Origin: Terriglobia bacterium
GTDB lineage: Bacteria; Acidobacteriota; Terriglobia; 2-12-FULL-54-10
Reading direction: 5' to 3'
Length of the DNA: 64,000 bases
NCBI GenBank assembly: GCA_963666975.2
Contig: CAXVYR010000004.1
Location: forward strand, 416,001-480,000
Shown: positions 9,428 to 18,952 of the stretch, piece by piece
Position numbering within the stretch: the stretch's first letter is position 1
How the letters are laid out: every line of letters begins with the position of its first letter
Program-made: the position numbers and the translations under genes
Notes under the pieces: generated by a model
The model's database searches: none
Seen by the model: the letters and a program-made list of their open reading frames with translations, nothing else
Told to the model about the DNA's origin: nothing

Positions 9428-9751
9428 ATGTCTCTTTACGGAATTTATGGGAGCCACACTGTCGAAGCGTGCCCCGTCAACAATCTGGAAAATGCAAAAA
9501 AGCTGGTTTCTTTCGCGGAGAGTGATCCCACCCCGCTCCTGGCGAAGCATCGAATCCACAACGTTCTGGGTCAGTATCACTCGGCCTTTGAACATACGTT
9601 CATTTGGATCGTGGATGCAGATGACCCGCATTTGATCGAGGAGTTTGCCCTGGAGACAGGTCTTGCTTCGTTCAATAAGCTGACAATCGTACCGCTCAAG
9701 AGTCTTAGCGAATGGGTCATCCCGCGGCTTAAAAAAGTGCATGGCTTATGA
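9428..9751 (+). CDS. Small hypothetical protein (DUF3303-like)
   Basis: RBS GGAGG; HTVEACP and HTFIWIVDADD. Confidence 0.65.
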   Translation: MSLYGIYGSHTVEACPVNNLENAKKLVSFAESDPTPLLAKHRIHNVLGQYHSAFEHTFIWIVDADDPHLIEEFALETGLASFNKLTIVPLKSLSEWVIPRLKKVHGL

Positions 9752-9807
9752 ATTAACTGGTCGAGAAGGTCGAGAAAAATAAGCGTCGGGTTCGCCGACA
9801 TGCGGGT

Positions 9808-10944
9808 CTACTGCTTGAGCCGGAGCGCCTTGCGAGTGATGGTAGTAACCGGAAGCCGGCTCATCTGGCGCGGGGAAACCCAACGCTCCCGAGGCTCGAC
9901 GACCCGGCGATCCATCCGGGCCGCGTAGACAGCCACATGCAGTTTGTTGGATGTGATCGTGTGCTGTACGTGCCCGAGCAAGCTGCCCAGTCGAATTCCA
10001 TCGCGGGGCTCGGTTTTCCGATGGGCAGGAGAGTTTTTCCGGCTGTTCTCCTCCCACAGGGGCAACTCCCAGAACCCTCCCATCCATTTCGCGGTGCGCG
10101 CCCTGCGAACCAGTAACACTCGGCCCGCCGGGTCGAGCGCCAGAGCCGTTGTGAATCGGCGCGCCACGGGTTTGGACTTGCGCCTGACCGCCGGGTATCT
10201 CTCCACTTGATTTCGCCGAAAGGCCAAGCAATGGCTCCGCAGCGGACACTGTTGGCATCGTGGCTGCCTCGGCAGGCAGAGGGTCGCCCCCAATTCCATG
10301 AAGGCTTGGTTGCAGTCGCCGGGCCGCCGCCGGGACAAGAGCGCATCCGCCAAGTGCCTGCGAACTTGCTTGCCACGGGCAGTTTGAGGATCATCCGGCA
10401 ATGCGTACAAGCGCGCCAGAACCCTGGCAACATTGCCATCCAGGACCGGGAGCGGGACCCCGCAGGCGATGCTGAGCACGGCAGCAGCGGTATACTCGCC
10501 GACACCGGGCAACCGGAGCACGGCCTGGAGGTCCGTCGGAAACGAACCTCCGCATTCGCGCACAATCATCTGCGCCGCCTTCTGCAAGTTTCGCGCCCGC
10601 GAGTAGTAACCCAAACCGCTCCAGCACGCCAGCAAGCGTTGCTCGTCCGCTGCGGCCAATGCTTGCACATCCGGGAAAAGGCGGAGGAATCGCTCATAGA
10701 ATGGAACAACCGCCTGCACGCGGGTCTGCTGGAGCATGATCTCGGAAACCCAAATCCGGTACGGGTCGAGCGTCTTTCTCCAAGGAAGGCTCCGCTTGTG
10801 AAGGTCATACCACTTGAGAAGCTTTTGCCGAATTTGACTCTCTGCCTTGCTTTTCCCGACGGAGCTTGCCAAGCTTCTTGTCGAGTTTTGTGTTTTTGGG
10901 TTTGGCGTTTTTTGGTTTTGCGTTGGTTTCGTAACGCGGCTCAT
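9808..10944 (-). CDS. mutY: A/G-specific adenine glycosylase
   Basis: WVSEIMLQQT, WSGLGYYSRARNL, LPGVGEYTA, DGNVARV, [4Fe-4S] C-x6-C-x2-C-x5-C. Confidence 0.96.
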   Translation of the reverse strand: MSRVTKPTQNQKTPNPKTQNSTRSLASSVGKSKAESQIRQKLLKWYDLHKRSLPWRKTLDPYRIWVSEIMLQQTRVQAVVPFYERFLRLFPDVQALAAADEQRLLACWSGLGYYSRARNLQKAAQMIVRECGGSFPTDLQAVLRLPGVGEYTAAAVLSIACGVPLPVLDGNVARVLARLYALPDDPQTARGKQVRRHLADALLSRRRPGDCNQAFMELGATLCLPRQPRCQQCPLRSHCLAFRRNQVERYPAVRRKSKPVARRFTTALALDPAGRVLLVRRARTAKWMGGFWELPLWEENSRKNSPAHRKTEPRDGIRLGSLLGHVQHTITSNKLHVAVYAARMDRRVVEPRERWVSPRQMSRLPVTTITRKALRLKQ

Positions 10945-10974
10945 ACCAGATACACGCTCCGATGAAAACCTGTG

Positions 10975-12384
10975 TTACAGACTTTTCAGCCAGCGCGCCA
11001 GCGGCGCAGTGGGAAGGCCGGGCTGCATAAAGCGTTGCGGGTTTCCCGCCGCCTCGGTGACTAATTCTGCGGCTCGGTATCCGCTGCGAACCGCGCCCTC
11101 CATGGTCGGAGGCCACCCGGTCGCCGTCCAGTCTCCCGCCAGGAAAAAATTCTCAAAGGGAGTCCTCGCGCCCAGCCGAAGCGGGTCCAGCCCCGGCTGG
11201 AGCGATACGGTGGCTTTTGCTTCCTTCACAACAATAGACTTCACCAGTTCCGCCTTCCGGCTGAGAGGAAATAGCTCGTGGAGTTCCCGGAGCGCCATCG
11301 ACAGAATTTCATCCTGCCGCATCGTCAGCAAACCCCGCGATGCGCTGACCACCAACTGGATGTATTGAGGTGTTGCAGAACCCTGTTGACTCTCTCCCTG
11401 TTTTCTTCCAATTCGGGAGCGGTTGAAGACCCACTGAATGGTACGGCCAAGCACCGTAACATGGTCGAGTTCCATGACAGGCCGGTCAAACCACAGATGG
11501 ATTCCCGTGATCGGCGACCACTCTGGCTTTCGCAGCTTGTCCAGTTCCGGCCACAACTCCGGCCACTGCTCCGGGAGTTTTTCCGGAAACAGGCTGGCCA
11601 GGGCGTCGGGCGGAAGCGCGCTGATGTAATAGTCCGCCCTCTTCTCTCCGCCGTTTTGCAGATGGAGGCAGACGACCCGTCCCGCCTTCGATTGCACCCC
11701 GGCTACGTGCGTCCGAAGCTGCAAGGAACATGTTTCACTGAGAATCTTGCTGGAATAAAGCTCGCTCAAGGGAACCACCGGGACTCCCATGCGATATCCG
11801 CGGCGGTTGCTGAGAAAAGCCTCCACAAACACATGGAATGCGTAGCGGCTGGAGAGGTGTTCCAGGTCCTCGTTCAGGGCGCTGGTCAAAACCACGCGCC
11901 AAAAATTTTCAATGGCCGCGCTGGTCTGCCTTTGTTGCTTTAGCCAATCCATCATGGGCTGGCCGTCCTGAGGCTCGCGGTCCCGGAGAACGGCGAGCAT
12001 GGCCCGGGCGATGCCCCAGCGGTCCCGCCACCCGAGATCACGAAAGCGCAACAGCGACGGGAGCAAGTGAAATGGGGCCGGAAGTCCCGATGCGCTTATC
12101 GAGGAAAGCCCGCCGGGACCCAGGAAGAGGAAGCTGTCATAAAAGCGGAATTTCTCAGCCGCTCCGATGCGCCGGAAAAAATCCAGCAGGTTGGTGCAGC
12201 AGCCGAGCAGCACGTGCTGGCAGTTATCGACCGGCTCGATCCCGCCCGCCGGGATAAAAGACGAAGCGCGGCCTCCCAGCACCGGACGCTTCTCCAGAAT
12301 CTCCACCTGAAACTGAGCTTCCGCCAAGCAGGCAGCGGCAGCGAGCCCCGCCAGCCCGCCTCCTAGAATGATAACCCTTGGAAT
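10975..12384 (-). CDS. hpnE: Hydroxysqualene dehydroxylase; apparent ATT start
   Basis: LGGRASSF..VDNCQHVLLGC, LAGDWTATGWPPTMEGAVRSG. The frame extends upstream of TTG 12327 through the FAD motif IILGGGLAGLAAA to ATT 12384. Confidence 0.88.
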   Translation of the reverse strand: MPRVIILGGGLAGLAAAACLAEAQFQVEILEKRPVLGGRASSFIPAGGIEPVDNCQHVLLGCCTNLLDFFRRIGAAEKFRFYDSFLFLGPGGLSSISASGLPAPFHLLPSLLRFRDLGWRDRWGIARAMLAVLRDREPQDGQPMMDWLKQQRQTSAAIENFWRVVLTSALNEDLEHLSSRYAFHVFVEAFLSNRRGYRMGVPVVPLSELYSSKILSETCSLQLRTHVAGVQSKAGRVVCLHLQNGGEKRADYYISALPPDALASLFPEKLPEQWPELWPELDKLRKPEWSPITGIHLWFDRPVMELDHVTVLGRTIQWVFNRSRIGRKQGESQQGSATPQYIQLVVSASRGLLTMRQDEILSMALRELHELFPLSRKAELVKSIVVKEAKATVSLQPGLDPLRLGARTPFENFFLAGDWTATGWPPTMEGAVRSGYRAAELVTEAAGNPQRFMQPGLPTAPLARWLKSL

Positions 12385-13271
12385 TGTTGCCTCTCCAGCT
12401 CGCGCCCTGCCTTATGACGGAGCCACATCCGGACGCCCCGAAGCACCACCCCTATTTTCTCCATTTCCGTCAGCGCAGCATCGCGCGCGAACACGTTGCA
12501 TTCATTCCGCTCGATGCTTCTCAGGATGCCGCGGTAGATGGCAATCAAGGCCCACAGGGCGGGCCGGCTCTCCGGCTCCACCATCTCGATCAAAGGATAG
12601 GTCCTTTCATAGAAATTTTGGGCGCGGGCGATCTGGAATCGCATCAAACCGAAGAACTCCCGGTTGTAGACGCCCGCTGTCAATTGTTCCGGCGAATACT
12701 CGAAGCGTTCCAGGTCCTCCAACGGAAGATAGATCCGGCCGCTGTTGGCGTCCTCGCGGATATCCCGCAGAATATTCGTCAACTGAAAAGCGATGCCGCA
12801 TTCCTCAGCCAGTTTTTTCGCCGCCGGGTCCCGGAACCCCAAAATATGCAGAGAAGCCAGGCCCACCACCGACGCCACCCGGTAGCAGTATGGATAGAGA
12901 TCGTCAAACGTCCGGTAGGAGCAGATGGAAAGGTCCATCTCGGCGCCGGTAATCAGGTCGTAAAAAAACTCCGGAGGGATGGAGTAGCGCCGGACGGCGT
13001 CGTGAAACGCGGGGAGAATCAAACTGTCGCCGTAGTCGCTGCCCAGCGCTCGTTCCAGCGCCTGCCGCCATTCCTGCAAGCGGGCTGCCTTGTCGGAAAC
13101 CGCGTCCGCGCCATCGGCCACGTCGTCACAGTAACGCATGAAGGCATACACGGCGCAGAATGCTTCGTGGCGCGGCTTGGGGAGCAGCAGGAAGCCGTAA
13201 TAAAAATTCCGCGCCCGCTGCCGGGTCAGCCGCCGGCAATAATCGGAGGAAGCTGCGAGGAGGGTTGGCAT
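12363..13271 (-). CDS. hpnD: Presqualene diphosphate synthase
   Basis: NFYYGF, YAFMRYCDDVAD, YCYRVASVVG, GIAFQLTNILRD. Confidence 0.9.
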   Translation of the reverse strand: MPTLLAASSDYCRRLTRQRARNFYYGFLLLPKPRHEAFCAVYAFMRYCDDVADGADAVSDKAARLQEWRQALERALGSDYGDSLILPAFHDAVRRYSIPPEFFYDLITGAEMDLSICSYRTFDDLYPYCYRVASVVGLASLHILGFRDPAAKKLAEECGIAFQLTNILRDIREDANSGRIYLPLEDLERFEYSPEQLTAGVYNREFFGLMRFQIARAQNFYERTYPLIEMVEPESRPALWALIAIYRGILRSIERNECNVFARDAALTEMEKIGVVLRGVRMWLRHKAGRELERQQFQGLSF

Positions 13272-13272
13272 T

Positions 13273-14214
13273 TCACCTGCCCTTCCGGCGGGAAAACATT
13301 TGACCGGCCAGAACCGATACCAGCAACAGAGCCTTTTCCCCCTGGCCGAGCACGGGACGCCGGGCCAGTACATTGTAGTTTTGCCGTTCGATGCGTTTCA
13401 ATAGTTCCATTCCCGCGCGGCTGAACAGCTCCAAGTCCACCGCCAGCCGGACGCCTACCTGCGAGGCCAGCGGCAGGCCTTCCCTAAACAACTTCCATGT
13501 GCGCTCGACTTGCTCCTTCAGCAGGGCAACAAAATTCCCGTTATACCGAGAATGCGCCAGATCGTCCTCCGAGTACCCATGCCGGGCCATGTCGTCCAGC
13601 GGCAGGTATATCCGCCCGATGCGGAAATCCCGCCTGACATCCTGCCAGAAGTTGGCCAGTTGCAACGCCGTGCAAGTGCAGTCGGAAAGCCTCTTCCGCT
13701 CCGGGTCGCGATATCCGCACAGGTGGAGGACAAGCTGGCCCACCGGATTGGCCGAATAGCGACAGTACCCCAGAAGCTGCTGAAAATTCCGGTAGCGCGT
13801 CTTTGTTTGGTCCTGCCGGAAGGCGGTGATCAAATCCAGAAACGGTTGCTGGGGAATCTCGAATTGCTCGATTGTCTCCCGCAAGGCTACAAACACCGGA
13901 TGCCGGACGCGGCCCCGGTAACAATCCTGCAACTCCTCTTCCCACCGGTCCAGAAGAAACAGCGCACGGGCCCGGTCGCCGGTCTCGTCTCCCAAGTCGT
14001 CGGCCCAGCGGCAGTAGGCATACACCGGATAGAAGTGGACCCGCAGCTCGCGGGGAAGCAGCAGGCTGGCGATGGGAAAGTTTTCGTAGTGACCCCGGAC
14101 CAACTGTTCACAATACTGACGGGCTTGGCCGAGCGAAGGCGGCGAAGCAGGAAGTTCGCCCGTCCAGTCTGCGGGCTGGGAGGCGATGGCGGGGAAGGAC
14201 AGCTCGGCTCTCAT
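13273..14214 (-). CDS. hpnC: Hydroxysqualene synthase
   Basis: HYENFPIAS, RWADDLGDE, YSANPVG, LQLANFWQD. Confidence 0.92.
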   Translation of the reverse strand: MRAELSFPAIASQPADWTGELPASPPSLGQARQYCEQLVRGHYENFPIASLLLPRELRVHFYPVYAYCRWADDLGDETGDRARALFLLDRWEEELQDCYRGRVRHPVFVALRETIEQFEIPQQPFLDLITAFRQDQTKTRYRNFQQLLGYCRYSANPVGQLVLHLCGYRDPERKRLSDCTCTALQLANFWQDVRRDFRIGRIYLPLDDMARHGYSEDDLAHSRYNGNFVALLKEQVERTWKLFREGLPLASQVGVRLAVDLELFSRAGMELLKRIERQNYNVLARRPVLGQGEKALLLVSVLAGQMFSRRKGR

Positions 14215-14252
14215 TTCTCAAGAAACGGACGACCGGGAACTCCGGGCCGTCC

Positions 14253-15293
14253 TCAGGGAAGGATCGCCGTTTTCAGGTCGCCGTTGCGGTTTGCCATGCG
14301 CCGCAGCAGCTCGGGGAGACCGCTCAAGGGCGCCTCGCCGGTAATGAAGTCCCGGCTGCGTATCTCGCCGCGGCTGATCGATTCCAGGGCTTTCCGAATA
14401 TATTTTGGGGTGTGATGAAAGCTGGCCTTCAAAGTGATTTCCGAGTAATGCAGCAGGGACGTGTCGAGCTGGACGGTGCTGCCGCTGGGACAACCCCCGA
14501 AGAAATTTACCGTTCCGCCCCGGTGAACCATATTGGCAGCCCACTCCCAAGTCTGTGGCGTGCCGACGGCTTCCACAGCAACGTCAGCGCCTCCGTTGCG
14601 GGTTAATTTGCGAACCTCCGCCACCACATCCCCGGCGAGGGTGGCATCCACAATCTCGTCCGCCCCCATACGCTGGGCCGCCACAAGCTGGCTGCGTCTT
14701 TTTCCTACCGCAACCACCCTGGCGCCTTTCAGCTTTGCCAGACGGATGAACATCAATCCGACGGGCCCCATGCCGATAATGGCCACAACATCGTTGCGTT
14801 GCAGTCCGGTTTCTTCCAGCCCGCGCAGCACGCAGGCCAGGGGCTCCACTAGGGCGGCGTCGACAAAATCGATGTGGCCCGGAATTTCCAGCAAATTCTG
14901 CCGGACAATGGGACCCGGGATGCGAATGTACTCCGCGTACGCTCCATTGTTAAACAGCAGCCGATCGCAAAGGTTGGCGCGGTCCCGTAGGCAATAACGG
15001 CATTCCCCGCACGGAGCGGAGTTGGCGGCAACCACCCGCATCCCTGTCCGAATATTCCGGACCTCCGGGCCGACCTCTTCCACTACACCCGCCAACTCAT
15101 GTCCGAAAATCGCCGGGGGGGTGATCATGCGGGCATGATATCCCTGACGATATACTTTGAGGTCTGTTCCACAGGTCAGGGCAGCCTTGATCCGAATCAG
15201 CACTTCGTCGGGACTCAAGGTGGGAACGGGCACCTGTTCGACTTTCAGGTCTTCTTTGCCGTACAGAACGGCGGCTGTCATTCTCCTCGTCAC
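14253..15293 (-). CDS. Zinc-dependent alcohol dehydrogenase
   Basis: CGTD, GHE, CGECRYC..C, GMGPVG. Confidence 0.92.
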   Translation of the reverse strand: MTRRMTAAVLYGKEDLKVEQVPVPTLSPDEVLIRIKAALTCGTDLKVYRQGYHARMITPPAIFGHELAGVVEEVGPEVRNIRTGMRVVAANSAPCGECRYCLRDRANLCDRLLFNNGAYAEYIRIPGPIVRQNLLEIPGHIDFVDAALVEPLACVLRGLEETGLQRNDVVAIIGMGPVGLMFIRLAKLKGARVVAVGKRRSQLVAAQRMGADEIVDATLAGDVVAEVRKLTRNGGADVAVEAVGTPQTWEWAANMVHRGGTVNFFGGCPSGSTVQLDTSLLHYSEITLKASFHHTPKYIRKALESISRGEIRSRDFITGEAPLSGLPELLRRMANRNGDLKTAILP

Positions 15294-15383
15294 TGTTATT
15301 CTTACCTCACAGGGCCCCGCAGAATCAGCGGGGTTGATTTAGCTCCTGAATAGACTATGCACCGCCCAGCGGAGAGATTCGGT

Positions 15384-15647
15384 TTATCCTGAACCCAACG
15401 CCGCGGCCAGCCCGCCGGCCGCCCGGCGGGAACTCCCTGCGAGCCTCCATAAATCTTTCACTCCACTGAGGCTCCGGATTCCCTCCCGGACAATATTCCA
15501 CCCAGATAACTTTTCATGCTCTCTCTGACAGCGCTCAAAGTCAATGGAAATACTCTGTTCCACCGAATCTGTAATGGACTTGATAGCGCAAAAGGGTACT
15601 CCCCCCAGGAGGGCGGCACGGGCCACTCCTGCTGATTCCATATCCAC
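15384..15647 (-). pseudogene. hpnG: C-terminal fragment of hopanoid-associated phosphorylase
   Basis: VDMESAGVARAA..VPFCAIKSITD nucleosidase/phosphorylase motif; N-terminal half missing. Confidence 0.75.
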
Positions 15648-15731
15648 CCAGTTGAGACCGGTGCCGAGATAAGCGGGCATCTTACGGTTGAGAAAATCCA
15701 AAATAATCTTCCCCGTCGACGTCGGATTCCA
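15642..15731 (-). pseudogene. hpnA: Internal ~30-codon fragment of hopanoid-associated sugar epimerase
   Basis: PTSTGKIILDFLNRKMPAYLGTGLNWVD matches the recalled HpnA segment PTPTGxIIxDFLxxxMPAYxDTGLNxVD. Confidence 0.75.
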
Positions 15732-15903
15732 GCGAGATATCTGCTTCGAGTTCTCCCACCCAGAAACCTTCCGGATACTGCAAGGAAAGCAGATCGTCGA
15801 GAGACGCTGCAATGGATTGGGGGAAGGGGGATAACCCCGGTTTCACGGGGCAAGAAGCGCTGATCTTTCCATCCGAACACTTGAGCGCCGTCGTGATGCT
15901 CAT
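15721..15903 (-). pseudogene. shc: N-terminal fragment of squalene-hopene cyclase
   Basis: ATG overlaps the ispH 3' end; LLSLQYPEGFWVGELEADISLESD is the first QW motif of SHC; the rest is absent. Confidence 0.8.
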
Positions 15904-16925
15904 AGGTTGGATGGCATCCTCGTGTTTTCCGTTTCCAGGGAGACAAGCTCCGGCGGCAAAGCGAACCGCACGTCTTCCGACACCGGCTCGACCTCCCGCA
16001 CCTTACCGAAACCCTGGCTTTTCAGAAAATCGACCACCTTCGCGACCAGGAACTCCGGCGCGGAGGCCCCGGCGGTGACGCCTACTGTCTGGACCTTTTC
16101 GAGCCACTGGATATCAATGGCCGTCTCATCTTCAATCAAATAAGAAGGCAACCCGGCGTTGGCAGCCACTTCCACCAAACGGTTGGAATTGGAACTATTG
16201 GAAGAGCCGACCACCAGCAGCAGACTACAAAGGGAAGCGACGGCTTTGACTGCTACCTGACGGTTCTCGGTGGCGTAACAGATGTCCTGAGCCGGGGGGC
16301 CCACAATGCCCGGATACTTTGCCTGCAACGCCGCAATGATGCCCTTGGTTTCCTCCAGGCTCAGCGTCGTCTGGGTGAGGTAAGCCACCCGTGAGGGGTC
16401 CGGCACGTTCAGGCTTTGGACTTCCTCCTCGGAACTGATCAGCCATGTCTGCCCCAGGGCTTCGCCCAGCGTTCCGATTACTTCATCGTGATCTTTGTGT
16501 CCGATCAAAACGATGGAGTATCCCTCGCGTGCAAAGCGAACAGCTTCCAGGTGCACTTTGGTAACCAGCGGACAGGTGGCGTCGATCACTTGCAGGCGCC
16601 GCTCGGCCGCCACGCGCCGAACATCGGGCGAAACGCCATGAGCGCTGAAGATGATCCGGGCTCCCTCCGGCACCTCCTCGATTGCATCGAGGAAAATTGC
16701 CCCCTTGCGGGAAAGGTCCACAACCACATGATGGTTATGGACGATCTCTTTCCGCACATAGATGGGCGCGCCGAAAGTTTCCAGGGCGATATTCACAATA
16801 TCAATCGCGCGGACCACGCCCGCGCAAAAACCCCTGGGCTTCAGCAGAACCACCGTCTTGGCAGCCGGCAAAGCGGCTGGTCCGGAGGTAGTCGCAGGAG
16901 AATCTTGGTCCAGCAAAGGATTCAA
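15900..16925 (-). CDS. ispH: 4-hydroxy-3-methylbut-2-enyl diphosphate reductase
   Basis: PRGFCAGVVRAI, IDATCPLV, DICYATENRQ, TAGASAPE. Confidence 0.97.
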   Translation of the reverse strand: MNPLLDQDSPATTSGPAALPAAKTVVLLKPRGFCAGVVRAIDIVNIALETFGAPIYVRKEIVHNHHVVVDLSRKGAIFLDAIEEVPEGARIIFSAHGVSPDVRRVAAERRLQVIDATCPLVTKVHLEAVRFAREGYSIVLIGHKDHDEVIGTLGEALGQTWLISSEEEVQSLNVPDPSRVAYLTQTTLSLEETKGIIAALQAKYPGIVGPPAQDICYATENRQVAVKAVASLCSLLLVVGSSNSSNSNRLVEVAANAGLPSYLIEDETAIDIQWLEKVQTVGVTAGASAPEFLVAKVVDFLKSQGFGKVREVEPVSEDVRFALPPELVSLETENTRMPSNL

Positions 16926-16976
16926 AGGAAAGTCCCGTTCTTGTTGGAGTCGTGCTTTCAGGAAAGGAAACCAGCG

Positions 16977-18560
16977 CTATTTCTTCCGGGCAATAACTTG
17001 TTTCGCATTTTCCGACAAAGCAGCCGCCTGGGGCAGCAACTCAATCGCTTTTAGGATTTGGGTGTCTGCGCCCGCTTCCAACTTGTAAGCTTCATCCATA
17101 CCGAAAACAGACAGATACAGCTCTAGTTTAATGTTGTGCCGAATGTAGTCCAAATGCTCGGCAAAATCCGGCTCATCAAAGTCGATTTGCTGTTCCTGTA
17201 AAAACGCCCGGAATCGCTCCAGCACGGCATCATCGGCCTCAAAGCTCCGGGAGATCGACCGATTTTCGGCCAGGTACCGTTTTGCAAAATTGAAGAAGGC
17301 GTATCCCCGGGCGAGCAACTGCTGAAAGCGGTTGAGTTTGGATTCCGGGATTTCAAAGTCCGGAGTGATGCCGCCTCCGCCGTAAACAACCCGGCCGGCG
17401 TCGGTCAATTTCACCTCGGCGTTCGCGTGGCTATCGTCTTTATTGTAATAATATTCGTACAGCGATATGCCCGAGTATTCGCGCTGGATCAAGCGGCCGC
17501 TCGGCGTATAGTATTTCGCCGTCGTCAGCGCCAAGCCGGTATTTTCGCTGAGCGGATAGACGGTTTGGACGAGCCCTTTTCCAAAGCTGGCCTCTCCCAC
17601 TATCAATCCCCGGTCGTGGTCTTGAACGGCTCCGGCTACGATTTCGGCCGCGCTGGCAGAGAAGCGGTTGAGCAACACAACCAGCGGGAAGCGCTCCCCC
17701 CGGTTCCCGCGGGCTGCCGTGTACCGCTTTTCGCGGGAAGAGCGGCCCTTATGAGAAACAATCAGTTGCCCGCGGTCGAGAAACAGGCCGGCGACGTTCA
17801 CCCCTTCCTGCAGAAGTCCGCCGGGATTGTTGCGCAAATCCAGGACCAGCCCTTCCCAGGTGCTGGAATTGAGCTCCCGCATTTTCGCTCTCAATTCCCT
17901 GCTGGTGGTTTCATTGAAACTGGAAATCCGAATGTAGCCGATTTTCGGAGCGATCAGAAAGGCATGTTCGATGCTCAGCCGGGGAATCTCATCCCTCACA
18001 ATGACAAATTGCAAGGGCTCCAGATCCCCTTCGCGCGAAACCCGGATGCGAACCGTTGTCCCCCTGGGCCCCTTCAGCAGTTCCGCGACTTCTGTGGTGT
18101 TTAAGTTTTCTGTGGTCGTGTCGTCGACCTGGACAATGATGTCGCCGGGACGCAAACCTGCGCGGTAGGCCGGTGAGCCGACAAACGGAGCCAGCACGAT
18201 GGTCTTCCCGTTCCGCGGTGTCACCGTCATCCCGACGCCGTAGTAACGTCCTTTCTGCTCTTCGCGCAGCAGCTTGAAGCTCCTGGGATCGAAAAAGTTG
18301 GAGTGCGGATCCAAACTGTGGAGCATGCCGGGAATCGCTCCGCCATAGATGACTTTCTCGGCGTCAACGGGAGCTGCGTAATTTTCCTCTACGGCGCGGA
18401 GTACCTTGGAAATGCTCTCGAGACTTTCCTCGACTCCGGACCCGGCAGCAGCGCTCTCGGCGGTGACTCGAGCGCCGTAGAGCCCGCCGACTAAAGCGCA
18501 AATCAAAATAACGCTGCAAAAAACAAAAAAGCGGCGCACTTCAGAGCTCATTCGTTTCAT
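16977..18560 (-). CDS. ctpA: S41 family carboxy-terminal processing protease
   Basis: PDZ domain, DLRNNPGG, SASAAEI, FGKGLVQ. Confidence 0.93.
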   Translation of the reverse strand: MKRMSSEVRRFFVFCSVILICALVGGLYGARVTAESAAAGSGVEESLESISKVLRAVEENYAAPVDAEKVIYGGAIPGMLHSLDPHSNFFDPRSFKLLREEQKGRYYGVGMTVTPRNGKTIVLAPFVGSPAYRAGLRPGDIIVQVDDTTTENLNTTEVAELLKGPRGTTVRIRVSREGDLEPLQFVIVRDEIPRLSIEHAFLIAPKIGYIRISSFNETTSRELRAKMRELNSSTWEGLVLDLRNNPGGLLQEGVNVAGLFLDRGQLIVSHKGRSSREKRYTAARGNRGERFPLVVLLNRFSASAAEIVAGAVQDHDRGLIVGEASFGKGLVQTVYPLSENTGLALTTAKYYTPSGRLIQREYSGISLYEYYYNKDDSHANAEVKLTDAGRVVYGGGGITPDFEIPESKLNRFQQLLARGYAFFNFAKRYLAENRSISRSFEADDAVLERFRAFLQEQQIDFDEPDFAEHLDYIRHNIKLELYLSVFGMDEAYKLEAGADTQILKAIELLPQAAALSENAKQVIARKK

Positions 18561-18722
18561 TTATTTATTTCTCCTGCCCTTCTCTTACGGAAAGTATAGC
18601 ATAAAGATTGTTGACGGCATTCCCAATTTCGCCCGTACCAGCGCGGTAAGCAGTGCCTTTCTCAGGGTAACCGTCTCATCGTTGTCACCGTCCGTCCCTA
18701 TGTTGTATACTTGGATCGGTTA

Positions 18723-18798
<76 letters not shown>

Positions 18799-18802
18799 TT
18801 GG

Positions 18803-18878
18803 GGCGCGGTACCCAAGTGGTTAAGGGAGAGGTCTGCAAAACCTTTATGCGGCGGTTCGAATCCGCCCCGCGCCTCCA
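18803..18878 (+). tRNA. tRNA-Cys(GCA); probable island integration site
   Basis: GGCGCGG/CCGCGCC acceptor stem, CT-GCA-AA loop, GTTCGAATC, CCA; integrase 75 bp downstream. Confidence 0.97.
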
Positions 18879-18952
18879 ATTATTCAATGAGTTAGCCTCA
18901 CCTCTGGGAATCCATTAATCGCCAATGTAGCGGAAACTGTAGCGGGTGCCGG

